From Clostridiales bacterium (GTDB lineage: Bacteria > Bacillota > Clostridia > Christensenellales > UBA3700): a DNA stretch of 64,000 bases. The position numbers were made by a program, and so were the translations under genes. Location: assembly GCA_014799575.1 (NCBI GenBank), contig JAAVHS010000015.1:143570-207569 (forward strand). Direction: 5' to 3'. The notes under the pieces were generated by a model. It searched no databases, was not told the origin of the DNA, and saw nothing but the letters and a program-made list of their open reading frames with translations. Positions 30,490-41,064 of this stretch are shown in pieces. Numbering within the stretch: the stretch's first letter is position 1; every line of letters begins with the position of its first letter.

Positions 30490-30672
30490 TTAATCTTGCT
30501 TTACATTTTTCGTTGCAACTACTCTGAATCCAAATTCTTCTTTTGAATTTTTCAATTCAGTTACAACTATCTCTGCATCGCATTTATCACATATAAAATG
30601 ATTTTCAGTTTCTTCCAAATTAACTTGTTTTTGCAATTCCCCACAAAGTGGGCAATATAAATCTCTTCTCAT
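30490..30672 (-). CDS. Small zinc-ribbon protein
   Basis: 60 aa. CPLCG and CDKCD pairs. Confidence 0.55.
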   Translation of the reverse strand: MRRDLYCPLCGELQKQVNLEETENHFICDKCDAEIVVTELKNSKEEFGFRVVATKNVKQD

Positions 30673-30779
30673 ATAAATACCTCCTTATTCTTCTTTTGTA
30701 AATATATGAACATTTGTTCGTATTGATATGATAGCATAAGGCTTGGAGCTGTGTCAATAGTTTTTATATGCTAATATAT

Positions 30780-30817
30780 AAAAAAAACCTGTTATTGAGT
30801 TGAAGCTCAATAGCAGG
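30780..30817 (-). terminator. Rho-independent terminator of the surface-protein operon
   Basis: Minus-strand CCUGCUAUUGAG-CUUCAA-CUCAAUAACAGG followed by U8. Confidence 0.8.
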
Positions 30818-30828
30818 TTTTAATCCTC

Positions 30829-33800
30829 TTAATATTTATCTCGGCCTTCTCCATTTTCACCAGGCGAACCACCCCATCTTTTACTAGAATCGTGAGCCCC
30901 TGAATCTCCTACAGCTCCACCGTCACCACCATATCCTTTTATACCAGTGGTATACGATGCGACATATTTTGCACCATCAGAATCATATACACTACACATC
31001 GAATTTTCTCTAGTGAATGGAACTTTTTCTACTGCCAATCCTGATTCGCCACTTGTTCCTGCATTTCCGCCATTGCCACCATTGCCGCCGAAACCTTCTT
31101 GACCAGAAGTCTGTGTGTCTGGACCGCCTTTGCCACCAGTACCGCCATTACCTCCATTACCGCCTACGCCGCCTGCGCCGGCATCTCCATGACGGAATGC
31201 AACTGATGATCTGTTAACTATACTAACTGGTTGGTTGGCAACTACGGCTTTACCGCCATCACCGCCTTTACCGCCATTGCCACCATTGCCGCCTTTGCCG
31301 CCTGTACCGCCATTACCTGCATCATCACTATTTTTGTCGCTACTTCCAAAGCCACCACGATTAGTGGTTGCTGCACCATTGCCGCCGGTACCACCTTGTC
31401 CGCCATTGCCACCATTGCCGCCTTTGCCGCCTGCACCACCACCTGCTGAAAATGATGAAGCGTCAATAACTAATGTATTACATTCTATAGCGGCTCCACC
31501 ATCGCCGCCATTTGTACCATTAGTTCCATCTGTACCATCGCCGCCTGTTTTACCATGGGCATGGCTCAAATAGCTACCTTTATAATTTACTCCATCGTCT
31601 CCTTTTTCTCCAGGATTACCGTCAGATCCATTTGAGCCATTTCCACCTTTTCCACCACCAGCGCCAAAAAACCTTACATTATTAATTCTAAGGTTATTAC
31701 ATTTTATAGCGATACCACCTTTTCCTCCACTACTATCACTATCTTTGCCCAATATTCTCACAAGGTCTCCATTCCTTATCTCTATATCACCTTGTGAATA
31801 AATAGCAGCATTATTTGTGCTAGTTGAAGAAATTTCTCCTTCTTTCTTAAAGTTTAAAAGCGTTTTCGAATAAGAATTAATACTAATATATCCACTTATA
31901 GCTACGTTATCAAGATTAATACATAAGTCAGAAGTTCTACTTGAAACTATGATTTTGGTATTTTTCTTATTTGACAAGCCTTCTCCTGTAATTGTTACTT
32001 CCAACATATTACTTGGAATTTCTATATCACAATTATCAAATTTACTTAAACTTAAATAAGCCTGATTCGTGTTATTTTTATATTTATTCCAATAATTATA
32101 TTGATTACCATCGATAGTTCTGTTAAATCCCGTAATATCTTCACTAAGAACAAATCTTACATCTTTAGCAGTAATTTCCTGATTTTTATCAGTATTATAA
32201 TGAATGTAAATAAAGTATTCAACATGAATTTTTTCTGGTTTTACAAAACATAACATTTCCGTCAAATCAATGCTCTTGTTATTTGCATTATTATTGTAAC
32301 TATATGACTTTTTACCAATCTCTTGACCTTGATAATATAATGTTACATCTGCTTTTTCTAAGTATTGCACATTAGACATATTAACAAGAGTGGAACTACT
32401 TGTTTCACTAATGCTTGCGGATATGACTAAGCCATGATTAACTTTAATTTCATACACTTGCTCTTGATTGTCTATCCTGACTTTAATATAGAATAATTCA
32501 TCTATAACGGCAGATGTTGTAAAACCAAAATCATATAAATATACTTTTCCTTCGCTCGCTTTCGTTGTATAAATCAACTCATTACCGATTTGAGTACATT
32601 CATTTTTCCCATCAAAATTAAACCAATCTGTTCTACCAGCATGGAAAATAATTTGCACATCACCGTAGTAATATTTCGGGCTATATTCAACCATAAACGA
32701 TATTTTGCTAGATTGTTTCATAGATGTAGGCACTGCCTCTTCATTGGTTTTGGTCATCTCAAAACTATCTATACTTGTATCTTCTACAGTAAAATACGAA
32801 TACTCAGAAGTAATTCCATTGTGCGCAACTGCTAAAATCACGATCTCTGTACCGACATAATCTCCGCCTTCTCTAAGTCTATATAAAGCACTTCCATCTG
32901 GATTGCTGCTAATATAATAACCATCTTCATCTTCTTTTAAAGAACTATCATCAATGGCTTCATAGCCAGAAATGATTCTATACTTAATATTCTTATCATT
33001 AACAGCAGCTGGTGATATATTTGATAAGATACATTGTACCGTACGTCCGGCTTCAAATTTCCTGTTTTCTGCCTGATACCTAATATCAATACTTTCGACA
33101 GCAACTTTTATATGTAAATTAATAGAAGCACTAACTCCATTTATAGAACCTGATAAAGTTACTATTTCTTCCTTTTGCGGGTTAGCAATTATTCTTATCA
33201 TAATACTATTATCATCAACTTCATAAGTTAAAAAGTTCTTCGCCAAACTGTCTACTTCCCATGCATAATTCAAGTCAGTCGCAAACGCTTGAGGCTCCAA
33301 TACAAAGTTATATGTATTTCCCACATACATAGCATTAGTTGGATAATTGTTTTGCTCTCTGATTACTGCTTTCTTAACTTCAACTGGTACAACTTTAAAT
33401 ATTACCGTCCTTTCACACTTTCCTGCATAAAATACAACTTTGAATTGTTTCGATTCTCCATTGTCTTTTGTAGTTTTATTAAGTGGGAACAATTTCAATA
33501 ATAATTTTCCATTGTTCAACTGATCGTAAGATACTATTTCTTCGTGTTCCGAAATAATATACTTAATTTTAGTTTCAGTAGTATTTATCGGCAGCAAATT
33601 AATTATCAAATCACTTCTATCACTACCTAATTTACTATTTGGCGTGATATTAAATACCAAATCGCCATTTGATAATGTTTCTACATACTTACAAAAGTTC
33701 TTACTAACCTTGTCAACTTCAATTTCAATGTTATTAACTGGAATAGCTATATCATATGTTTTTATTCTCTCTAATCCGTCCTCTGTTGTTGCTTTAATTG

Positions 33801-35790
33801 AAAATGCTCCACCATTAGCCGTAGAATCAATGCTCAAATATTGTGCTGATAATATTTCAAACATTTTTGTCTCAATATAAATCCCGTCTACTGAATTCGG
33901 CATTGAGAAATCTACTAAACCATGATCGAGTTCATCGTAGAATCTATATTGAATTAATTGACTACTACCTAGATTGATTAACAATGGATTAACATAAAAA
34001 TCAAATGGTATTTGAGGATAAACGACATTTATACTTAATTTGTTATCCATCATAATCCCATCAATAGAAACCTCTATTTCATATACACCTGTTTCTGCCA
34101 TAAAATCTACACATATGACATTGTCAGTATAAAAACTCAATGGCGCTTCATCATCTACTATATTCGATTCAATAAACTTGAATTGTGCATTCTTAGGCGA
34201 TACTTCTATATGCTCCGTTAAATCTATAATATCGCCAGGATTTACTGTCAAAATATTTCCAGTTGAAAATGCGACGCTAATGGGTTTAATTACTTCTACT
34301 GTAAATCTTAGCGCATTGCTTTCCACTCCGTCAGCAACCGCAATGACCGAGAATTCATATCCTTCTGGGCAACCGCGCTTTAATGTTATTTCATCATTTT
34401 CTATTATGACAAATTCTTCATCATATTTATAACTTACATTTTGATATGTAGCATTGCTAGGCAATATGGTTGAAGCCAACTTGATTGTTTCACCATATGT
34501 AATTATATTTTTCTCTGACTGAATAGTAACTTTTTGCACGTCGTTTTTCACAATTTTGAATGCATGCGTGAATGTCTTGCCGTCCGCATTTACCGCAATT
34601 GTAACATCTGCGCCAATTTTAGCCGTGTTATCTATACTAATTGTACCACTTTCCGCTTCCATATCAGCATATTGCCCACCTGTCACTACATCATAATTTA
34701 ATTTAATAGGAGTAGCATTTGAAGGTGAAAACGTTGCTTTAAATTTATATTCTTCACCTTGGCGGACTTCATTAGGACTTCCTGTAAAATCTACATCTTT
34801 AACTTCTACGTATTCTTTCATCAATGAAGGATATTTATATCCACTCATAAAAAGCCAATTATTATCGAAGTTAGTCCAATTATATTGATTACGATTACGC
34901 ATCAAAGATAATGTCGATTCTTTGACGTTTACGGCTTGTCCAGAATTAAATGCTATTGCCTCCAAACCTGTATCGGATGAAAATAAAACATTCTCTACCG
35001 TACCATTCCAATTATCGCCACAAATTGCAGCCTTTGCAATGCCGCTAATCTCTCCAATATTATAGCATTGATTTATTGATGATTCATAATTTGCTCCATC
35101 TCCATTGCCCGCAATTCCGGCAACATATGTACCACCTGTAACTTTACCTGAATTATAACATTGAGATATTGTTTTTAAGTTACTACCACATATTCCACCA
35201 GTATACATACCAGAATCGGAATTTTCTACAATGCCTTTATTTGAACATTGCTCTACAGTACCACTATTGCTTCCTACAATTCCGCCTACGCCTTCGCCGT
35301 TACCAACTACTTTTGCATTATTTGTGCAACCGTCAATTACTCCCAAATTTGCTCCAGCAATAGCACCAACTTGTGATTTTCCCGATATTTGTCCGTCATC
35401 AATAATTACATTTTTAATTGTTCCTCTATTAATGCCAAACAATCCTAATCCAGAACTAGTTGAATTAAGACTTACATTTTTTATTTTATATCTTTGTCCA
35501 TCGTAATTTCCCCTGAAATATTTCCCAATGCCAGTGAAATTAGATAATTCGGAAAGATCAATATCTTGCGTTTGTATATAATGCCCCGTTAAATTATTCC
35601 TAATTTTAGCAAAATCCTCAGCTGATTCAATTAGTATAGCCGAATCAGTATTACTAGCCAACAAAGTATTGTCAGTATCAGTATTTAATCCTAACCAATT
35701 GCTACCATTTATAGATAATAGACACACCATGCCTATAACAATAACTAAAGCAATAGTTACACACATCATTTTTCTTCTTAACGTAGACAT
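30829..35790 (-). CDS. Giant surface protein: N-terminal anchor, GLUG-type beta-helix repeats, Ig-like (Big_2-like) domains, C-terminal glycine-rich GGNGG region
   Basis: 1653 aa. GGIVGSNSGTVEQCSNKG..GGICGSN..AGIAGNG (GLUG pattern). Several ~90-aa Ig-like segments. The last ~260 aa are dominated by GGxGGxGG repeats. Confidence 0.75.
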   Translation of the reverse strand: MSTLRRKMMCVTIALVIVIGMVCLLSINGSNWLGLNTDTDNTLLASNTDSAILIESAEDFAKIRNNLTGHYIQTQDIDLSELSNFTGIGKYFRGNYDGQRYKIKNVSLNSTSSGLGLFGINRGTIKNVIIDDGQISGKSQVGAIAGANLGVIDGCTNNAKVVGNGEGVGGIVGSNSGTVEQCSNKGIVENSDSGMYTGGICGSNLKTISQCYNSGKVTGGTYVAGIAGNGDGANYESSINQCYNIGEISGIAKAAICGDNWNGTVENVLFSSDTGLEAIAFNSGQAVNVKESTLSLMRNRNQYNWTNFDNNWLFMSGYKYPSLMKEYVEVKDVDFTGSPNEVRQGEEYKFKATFSPSNATPIKLNYDVVTGGQYADMEAESGTISIDNTAKIGADVTIAVNADGKTFTHAFKIVKNDVQKVTIQSEKNIITYGETIKLASTILPSNATYQNVSYKYDEEFVIIENDEITLKRGCPEGYEFSVIAVADGVESNALRFTVEVIKPISVAFSTGNILTVNPGDIIDLTEHIEVSPKNAQFKFIESNIVDDEAPLSFYTDNVICVDFMAETGVYEIEVSIDGIMMDNKLSINVVYPQIPFDFYVNPLLINLGSSQLIQYRFYDELDHGLVDFSMPNSVDGIYIETKMFEILSAQYLSIDSTANGGAFSIKATTEDGLERIKTYDIAIPVNNIEIEVDKVSKNFCKYVETLSNGDLVFNITPNSKLGSDRSDLIINLLPINTTETKIKYIISEHEEIVSYDQLNNGKLLLKLFPLNKTTKDNGESKQFKVVFYAGKCERTVIFKVVPVEVKKAVIREQNNYPTNAMYVGNTYNFVLEPQAFATDLNYAWEVDSLAKNFLTYEVDDNSIMIRIIANPQKEEIVTLSGSINGVSASINLHIKVAVESIDIRYQAENRKFEAGRTVQCILSNISPAAVNDKNIKYRIISGYEAIDDSSLKEDEDGYYISSNPDGSALYRLREGGDYVGTEIVILAVAHNGITSEYSYFTVEDTSIDSFEMTKTNEEAVPTSMKQSSKISFMVEYSPKYYYGDVQIIFHAGRTDWFNFDGKNECTQIGNELIYTTKASEGKVYLYDFGFTTSAVIDELFYIKVRIDNQEQVYEIKVNHGLVISASISETSSSTLVNMSNVQYLEKADVTLYYQGQEIGKKSYSYNNNANNKSIDLTEMLCFVKPEKIHVEYFIYIHYNTDKNQEITAKDVRFVLSEDITGFNRTIDGNQYNYWNKYKNNTNQAYLSLSKFDNCDIEIPSNMLEVTITGEGLSNKKNTKIIVSSRTSDLCINLDNVAISGYISINSYSKTLLNFKKEGEISSTSTNNAAIYSQGDIEIRNGDLVRILGKDSDSSGGKGGIAIKCNNLRINNVRFFGAGGGKGGNGSNGSDGNPGEKGDDGVNYKGSYLSHAHGKTGGDGTDGTNGTNGGDGGAAIECNTLVIDASSFSAGGGAGGKGGNGGNGGQGGTGGNGAATTNRGGFGSSDKNSDDAGNGGTGGKGGNGGNGGKGGDGGKAVVANQPVSIVNRSSVAFRHGDAGAGGVGGNGGNGGTGGKGGPDTQTSGQEGFGGNGGNGGNAGTSGESGLAVEKVPFTRENSMCSVYDSDGAKYVASYTTGIKGYGGDGGAVGDSGAHDSSKRWGGSPGENGEGRDKY
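30890..31680 (-). repeat. GC-rich coding repeat region encoding GGNGG/GGKGG tracts
   Basis: Includes an exact 34-nt duplicate ccgccattgccaccattgccgcctttgccgcctg at 31271-31304 and 31400-31433. Confidence 0.8.
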
Positions 35791-35808
35791 TATATTTCTC
35801 CTTTTAGT

Positions 35809-36531
35809 CTAGTCTACCCAATATGGAAAGACAATTTCTCCTATTTCTTCTGCAGTGCATTTCGCTATAACATGCGCACTCTGTCCACTCTGAATAGTAT
35901 CGTAAACGAATTCAACAACCATTTTATTGACATCATTATACATTGTATAGCTAAAGCTCATATTTTCGATTGGCAGATCCTTCTCACCAAGAAAATCCTC
36001 TATATTTGCATTATTAACCTCAAATATGATTTTGACAGCATCCTCCAACTCTTCGTATGCCATATCATTAAAATAATCATAATTATAATTATAATTAAAA
36101 ATATTATTTGTTCCATCTGAAATCAACGTCATAAACGAAGTTATATCGGAATCATAATTTCGAATTGATTCGCCATTGGAATCAGTATATTTCATATAGA
36201 TAGTATCATTTTTGAAATATACTTCTTGAAAATTATTCATATCACAATTAAAATCGTTGAAATAGATGGTATTAATCTCCAACTTTCCTATATTATCTTC
36301 TAGCAAAACGTAACTTTTGTTATATCTTACTATTTCTTCGGAATTAGATAATACCACTATTTCATTCTGCACGCTTAATGGCCTGAAATTGCTCCATTCA
36401 TTATGTATACTATCATCTAATGTCTCAACCATAGCTCTAGCATCAACTTCCGAATATTCCTTCGAACAACCTGCGAAAATTACAACAAATATTAATATAA
36501 AAATAATTAATATACTTACTTTCTTTTTCAT
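35809..36531 (-). CDS. Lipoprotein, function unknown
   Basis: 240 aa. Signal peptide with a lipobox-like VIFAGC. Confidence 0.6.
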   Translation of the reverse strand: MKKKVSILIIFILIFVVIFAGCSKEYSEVDARAMVETLDDSIHNEWSNFRPLSVQNEIVVLSNSEEIVRYNKSYVLLEDNIGKLEINTIYFNDFNCDMNNFQEVYFKNDTIYMKYTDSNGESIRNYDSDITSFMTLISDGTNNIFNYNYNYDYFNDMAYEELEDAVKIIFEVNNANIEDFLGEKDLPIENMSFSYTMYNDVNKMVVEFVYDTIQSGQSAHVIAKCTAEEIGEIVFPYWVD

Positions 36532-36541
36532 ATATACTCCT

Positions 36542-37456
36542 TTAAAAATAATTTATTCTATTTGATTGTGGCAATTCTATTCCTTGCTCTTCGCAATACG
36601 AGATAAACGACTTTGGAATTTCAAAGGCAAAATCATTATTTATCTCTAATACCTCTAGTATTTGAGGCTGATTGACTCTTCTCCTTTTGGTTTCCGTCCA
36701 ATCCATATGGATAGGATAATACTCAATTGAGTTGAGCTTATTCTCTTTCAATACCATCCTCGCTGACTTCGCTCTAAAACTTTTTGGTTTCGTCGCTTCG
36801 TTCAAGTTTATTGGATTTTTTACATACACTTCAATATTTCCGTTCTTCAACTCTTTAAGTCTTAATCTACCGACAAAGCGAGAAAACAACAATCTGCTAT
36901 CCATATAATAATCAGTTTCTATTTGCACCCATTTGCCTTCTTCTTCGGTATACTCATAAATCATATCCCTTCCAAGATAGATTGTAATATCGTCTTCTTT
37001 TTTATATACCGCCATTGAGCGTCCATTGAATTTCTCATACCATACTTCGTACTTTGTTTGTCTACCGCTAATAAACCATATAACTATACCTACAAATAAA
37101 CAAATAACAAAAATCCCCCATCTATTGCCTTCGCCATTACTCCTATTAGGAGAATTCGTCGCCATCAAAACAATAGACGTAATTAAACATACCAAAGATA
37201 TTAAAAAGAACGGGACTGTTACAATCAATCTTTGTATTAATGCCTTATGTTCAGGATAGAAGATTCCATGTAACGTATTTATGTCTTTATAGGTATTTTT
37301 TACTAATTCTACAGCTTTCGTGTCGCCTTTGATAATTTCGTCCGTCAAATCGAACTTTTCGGGCAATTCTTCGCCAGTCTCACGATTGGTATTTTCGTAA
37401 AATATATCTAGGTAAAGATTTAGTTCATCTTCTACTTTTTCTTTTAATTTCCCCAA
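36542..37456 (-). CDS. Membrane protein, function unknown
   Basis: 304 aa. Two central TM helices (FFLISLVCLITSIVLMA, WGIFVICLFVGIVIWFI). Confidence 0.55.
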   Translation of the reverse strand: MGKLKEKVEDELNLYLDIFYENTNRETGEELPEKFDLTDEIIKGDTKAVELVKNTYKDINTLHGIFYPEHKALIQRLIVTVPFFLISLVCLITSIVLMATNSPNRSNGEGNRWGIFVICLFVGIVIWFISGRQTKYEVWYEKFNGRSMAVYKKEDDITIYLGRDMIYEYTEEEGKWVQIETDYYMDSRLLFSRFVGRLRLKELKNGNIEVYVKNPINLNEATKPKSFRAKSARMVLKENKLNSIEYYPIHMDWTETKRRRVNQPQILEVLEINNDFAFEIPKSFISYCEEQGIELPQSNRINYF

Positions 37457-37458
37457 TC

Positions 37459-40400
37459 TTAGATAACGCCTCCCAAAACTCTCTTTGCTATTTTCAATGT
37501 GTCCTGAACAAAATCCACATCCGCCTCATTGTATGGTTGCACTATCTCGTTTATAATAATCGCCGTTCCACACGATATTGCTTGTTTGTTAGTGGTTACT
37601 ATATCAATGTACAGCCTATCATTATAATTGCAACCTAATTCGGCATAGTTTAACTCTATTAATTTTTCAATATTATTCCCTGCTTGTATTATAAATTCAT
37701 TGCTTTCGTATACTATTTCTCCATTTTTATTATCTCTTCTTATAACAACTTTTGCATTTTCGGCTCTGTATCCTGCATTATTTATATTTAAAGCTATAGA
37801 TTCTTTGCCCGCTTTTAAATGTTGAACAATATTGAGTTCTATGTTTGCATAGTCTACTTGTATTTGCGTATAATCATTTGCACCATTGCCATCATTAATT
37901 AAATCTAGTTTCAAATCAATAACACTAGGGATAGATTGACATGTCCAAATTATTTTAATTAACCTTTCTTCGTTAGGTAACAATGCTTGATTCAAAACAA
38001 CATTTTGCTCCTCGTTATTGATTAGTGCTTTAAACTCATTAATATTTGTGCATCCCTTATTCTTTATGAAACAATATATTTCATTGTCTCCTAACTTAAC
38101 AAAATCTAACATAAACGCCTCATCTAAACCAAGATCAGCCTTTAATTCACAAGATTCTGATTTAATTTCTCCTATTGATATATTTTGATTCGATGAGTAC
38201 TCATAAGTTACACCTACTATTTCTATTTTTGAATCAACAACGCAGCCATTTATAGCAATATAATTATTGTTATTATCCAAATAAATTCCATTAGTCCAAG
38301 AATCTTTCTCTCTGTCAAATTGCGCTAAATATAATTCCCTACTATCGTCAGCTGCTATCGTATAGATTATTCTGCTATCAACATCTTCTATGACCGAATA
38401 ACTATCCATAAGATTCGAATCCTGAATAATAGTTTTTTCAGTATTGTTCTTAATGTCAAGCATTTTTATGCTTCTGTCTTGATAATAGAACATCACAGTT
38501 GAATTATTTACGTTACCAAATTGAGGTTCACATTGCATAGTCTGAGATACTTTCTCAACTGCTTTTAAACTGTTTTTCTTTCCATAATATATGGACAACT
38601 TATCTGTAGACTCTAAATCGTTGGCTTCATTAATTGAGACCGCTATATTTATTTCTCCTTCCATATATGTAGCATCAAACGAACTAATTGGCGAATCAGT
38701 TTCATAGATTACATAAGGCTGCATCCAATTACTGTTTATTCTCTCAGCGCAATATAACTTATTCCTACCAGTTGCACCAAATGGATTGTTGTCCGTATTG
38801 TTTAACCAAACTATTGCCATATTTTGCGAAGTCGAATTCTTTACAAATTTAGGCAACGTACTCATCGTATCCAGAGAATAGGCTTTTATTTCCTCAAATG
38901 AACCGGTTGTAGTATTAAATTGAGCAACTTTAATCTGAGATGAAGCAAAGACATCACCAATTGTAGATTCTCCATCAAACACATTCGTACTCTTGTGCCA
39001 TACTACCATTGCAACATTGTCTATTACTTTCAACTCTGGATAATAGTCTGCCTTACCGTCATCAAGAACACTTCCCATTTTATCTCCATAAGAATAAACT
39101 AATTTGGTTTTATTATAGTTATCCCGCATATCATCTTTTTCTATCCATACACTTAACTTTTCATTATTGATATATACGCTTTGAGGGCGGGCATCCATAT
39201 AAGTTCCATTATTATTGGAATTATCTGACAAGTATTTCATTTTTGCGCGTTCATTAACGACATTTTTCTCATCGACTATTTTCCAATCGATTTCATAACC
39301 CAATATGCCAACTAGAACACCGAATGATAAAAATATATCTAACCCATCTTCACCATTTAATATATTAATTAAGAAGTCAATTTCGCCCTTGCCGTATGCA
39401 CCTATACTGCATATCTGCTTGATACCTACTCCTCCGCCAATACTTCCTCTAAATTTGACGATTAATTGAAGAACATGCTGAAGTTCTCTCAATTGTTCAT
39501 AGTCATAGTCAAATTCAATAGCACCACCTAAACCATATGTCATATAGATTGGTATTGGCACTGGTCCTGCGGTAACAATATGGTACTTAGTGAAATCGAC
39601 TCCACCTTCTAGTTCTAAATTGAATCCACCAGACAATATTCCATCTTTTCCTTTAACTTCGCCAGTAAAAACCTTATCAGAAATTTCAATATAACCTACT
39701 ACATTCAAAGCTAAAGACATTTTCTTTTCTAGTTTTGGTAATGCTGCAATCATATCTTTATAATAAAATTTGTCAAAAGCTCCCCACAAAGATTTAGCCA
39801 CTGACTGTTTCTTTGCCTTAGGATTAATGTTATCTCTTCTCATTTTATAACTATTTACAAAAGAAGTGAATTTCTTTTTGTTTTCGTTTTTTCTCGCTGC
39901 AGCCTCTTCCTTGGTTTCTTTTGGTTTTTTATCTTTTTTAAAATCCAACTTAACTCCTACAACCACCTGAAAACTACCTCTAATGTTGTCGTGAATAACT
40001 TCTAGTCCCGAGCCGCTTATATTAACTTTTCCAGCATTTATAGAAAGCTTTTCTTTCAACATTTTAAATATATCTATCTCACATGATCCCAAAAAATCAG
40101 TCTCCCCTAATTGTAGTTTTAAGGAATCGGAAAGACTAATTTTTATATATTCTTCAGCCGGCAAATCTGTTAATTCTACGACCGCAACCTTGATTTTCGT
40201 TTTTCTACTTCTTAATCCGCCTTTTTCGGTTACCAAATAAATATTATCATTTGCTTGAGAAATAGTTGATCTAACAGCTGGAGCCACTCCACGAGCATCC
40301 AAATCTTTTACAGGTAAATCTAAGAAATTGCCATCAGATGATGTGGCAATCAGCGTATCGCCATTATATAAATAATATGTATCGGCGCCATTTGCTTCTA

Positions 40401-41064
40401 CAGAAATATCAATAGTATCTTCATATGCATCATCTTTATAAAACGAGTAGGACTGCTCCGCAACGTTTGCCTTTTCGCCTAGATAATCTAGAGTAACATT
40501 ATAAATATCCATGTCGTCTGTTGGATTTTTTAAATAAATAGTCTTCTCTGTCTTACCTTCTTCATTTGCATAATAAACATCATAGAATTCTACATAAGGA
40601 TTATATCCTTCTTTTTCTATTCGCAATTCGACTATTTCCTCTGTCAATTTCACAAAAATCTGTCCAGACACATCTGTAAATCGAGGAACTCCATCAATGA
40701 CTATAACAGCTCCAGAAATTGCTTTATTTGTTTTACGATCCTTTACAGTAAATGTATGCCAAATTGGAACACTCTCGTATTCTGCCATTAAATTTATGCT
40801 TTCCGATGCTTTTCTTTGCTGATCTGCTATATATTCATCCTCTGATGTATATAATTTAATCCCTGCTCGTTCCAACACTTCTTCAGGTAAAACTTCTTGC
40901 ACTTCGCTAGATGTTGCGACAGCGGTAATTTCTTTGCTCTCAGTCTTCTCATTTTGTTTAAGCAGACTAAATGAAGTAGGTATTAATGTTACGAGCATAA
41001 TAACTAATAATACTGTTGCTATTGATTTTTTCATGGTTAACATATGTGTCTCCTGCATCTCCAT
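37459..41064 (-). CDS. Large secreted/surface protein, function unknown
   Basis: 1201 aa. Signal/anchor MKKSIATVLLVIMLVTLIP, a CarboxypepD_reg-like Ig segment, and C-terminal CARDB-like segments. These assignments are tentative. Confidence 0.6.
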   Translation of the reverse strand: MEMQETHMLTMKKSIATVLLVIMLVTLIPTSFSLLKQNEKTESKEITAVATSSEVQEVLPEEVLERAGIKLYTSEDEYIADQQRKASESINLMAEYESVPIWHTFTVKDRKTNKAISGAVIVIDGVPRFTDVSGQIFVKLTEEIVELRIEKEGYNPYVEFYDVYYANEEGKTEKTIYLKNPTDDMDIYNVTLDYLGEKANVAEQSYSFYKDDAYEDTIDISVEANGADTYYLYNGDTLIATSSDGNFLDLPVKDLDARGVAPAVRSTISQANDNIYLVTEKGGLRSRKTKIKVAVVELTDLPAEEYIKISLSDSLKLQLGETDFLGSCEIDIFKMLKEKLSINAGKVNISGSGLEVIHDNIRGSFQVVVGVKLDFKKDKKPKETKEEAAARKNENKKKFTSFVNSYKMRRDNINPKAKKQSVAKSLWGAFDKFYYKDMIAALPKLEKKMSLALNVVGYIEISDKVFTGEVKGKDGILSGGFNLELEGGVDFTKYHIVTAGPVPIPIYMTYGLGGAIEFDYDYEQLRELQHVLQLIVKFRGSIGGGVGIKQICSIGAYGKGEIDFLINILNGEDGLDIFLSFGVLVGILGYEIDWKIVDEKNVVNERAKMKYLSDNSNNNGTYMDARPQSVYINNEKLSVWIEKDDMRDNYNKTKLVYSYGDKMGSVLDDGKADYYPELKVIDNVAMVVWHKSTNVFDGESTIGDVFASSQIKVAQFNTTTGSFEEIKAYSLDTMSTLPKFVKNSTSQNMAIVWLNNTDNNPFGATGRNKLYCAERINSNWMQPYVIYETDSPISSFDATYMEGEINIAVSINEANDLESTDKLSIYYGKKNSLKAVEKVSQTMQCEPQFGNVNNSTVMFYYQDRSIKMLDIKNNTEKTIIQDSNLMDSYSVIEDVDSRIIYTIAADDSRELYLAQFDREKDSWTNGIYLDNNNNYIAINGCVVDSKIEIVGVTYEYSSNQNISIGEIKSESCELKADLGLDEAFMLDFVKLGDNEIYCFIKNKGCTNINEFKALINNEEQNVVLNQALLPNEERLIKIIWTCQSIPSVIDLKLDLINDGNGANDYTQIQVDYANIELNIVQHLKAGKESIALNINNAGYRAENAKVVIRRDNKNGEIVYESNEFIIQAGNNIEKLIELNYAELGCNYNDRLYIDIVTTNKQAISCGTAIIINEIVQPYNEADVDFVQDTLKIAKRVLGGVI

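Noticed and set aside
31235-31573. 112-aa PPLPPLPP proline-rich ORF on the plus strand, with neighbouring ORFs at 31231-31449 and 31242-31466
   Set aside because: It is a mirror-frame artefact of the GGNGG-encoding repeat in the minus-strand gene. GGN codons read as NCC/CCN on the other strand.
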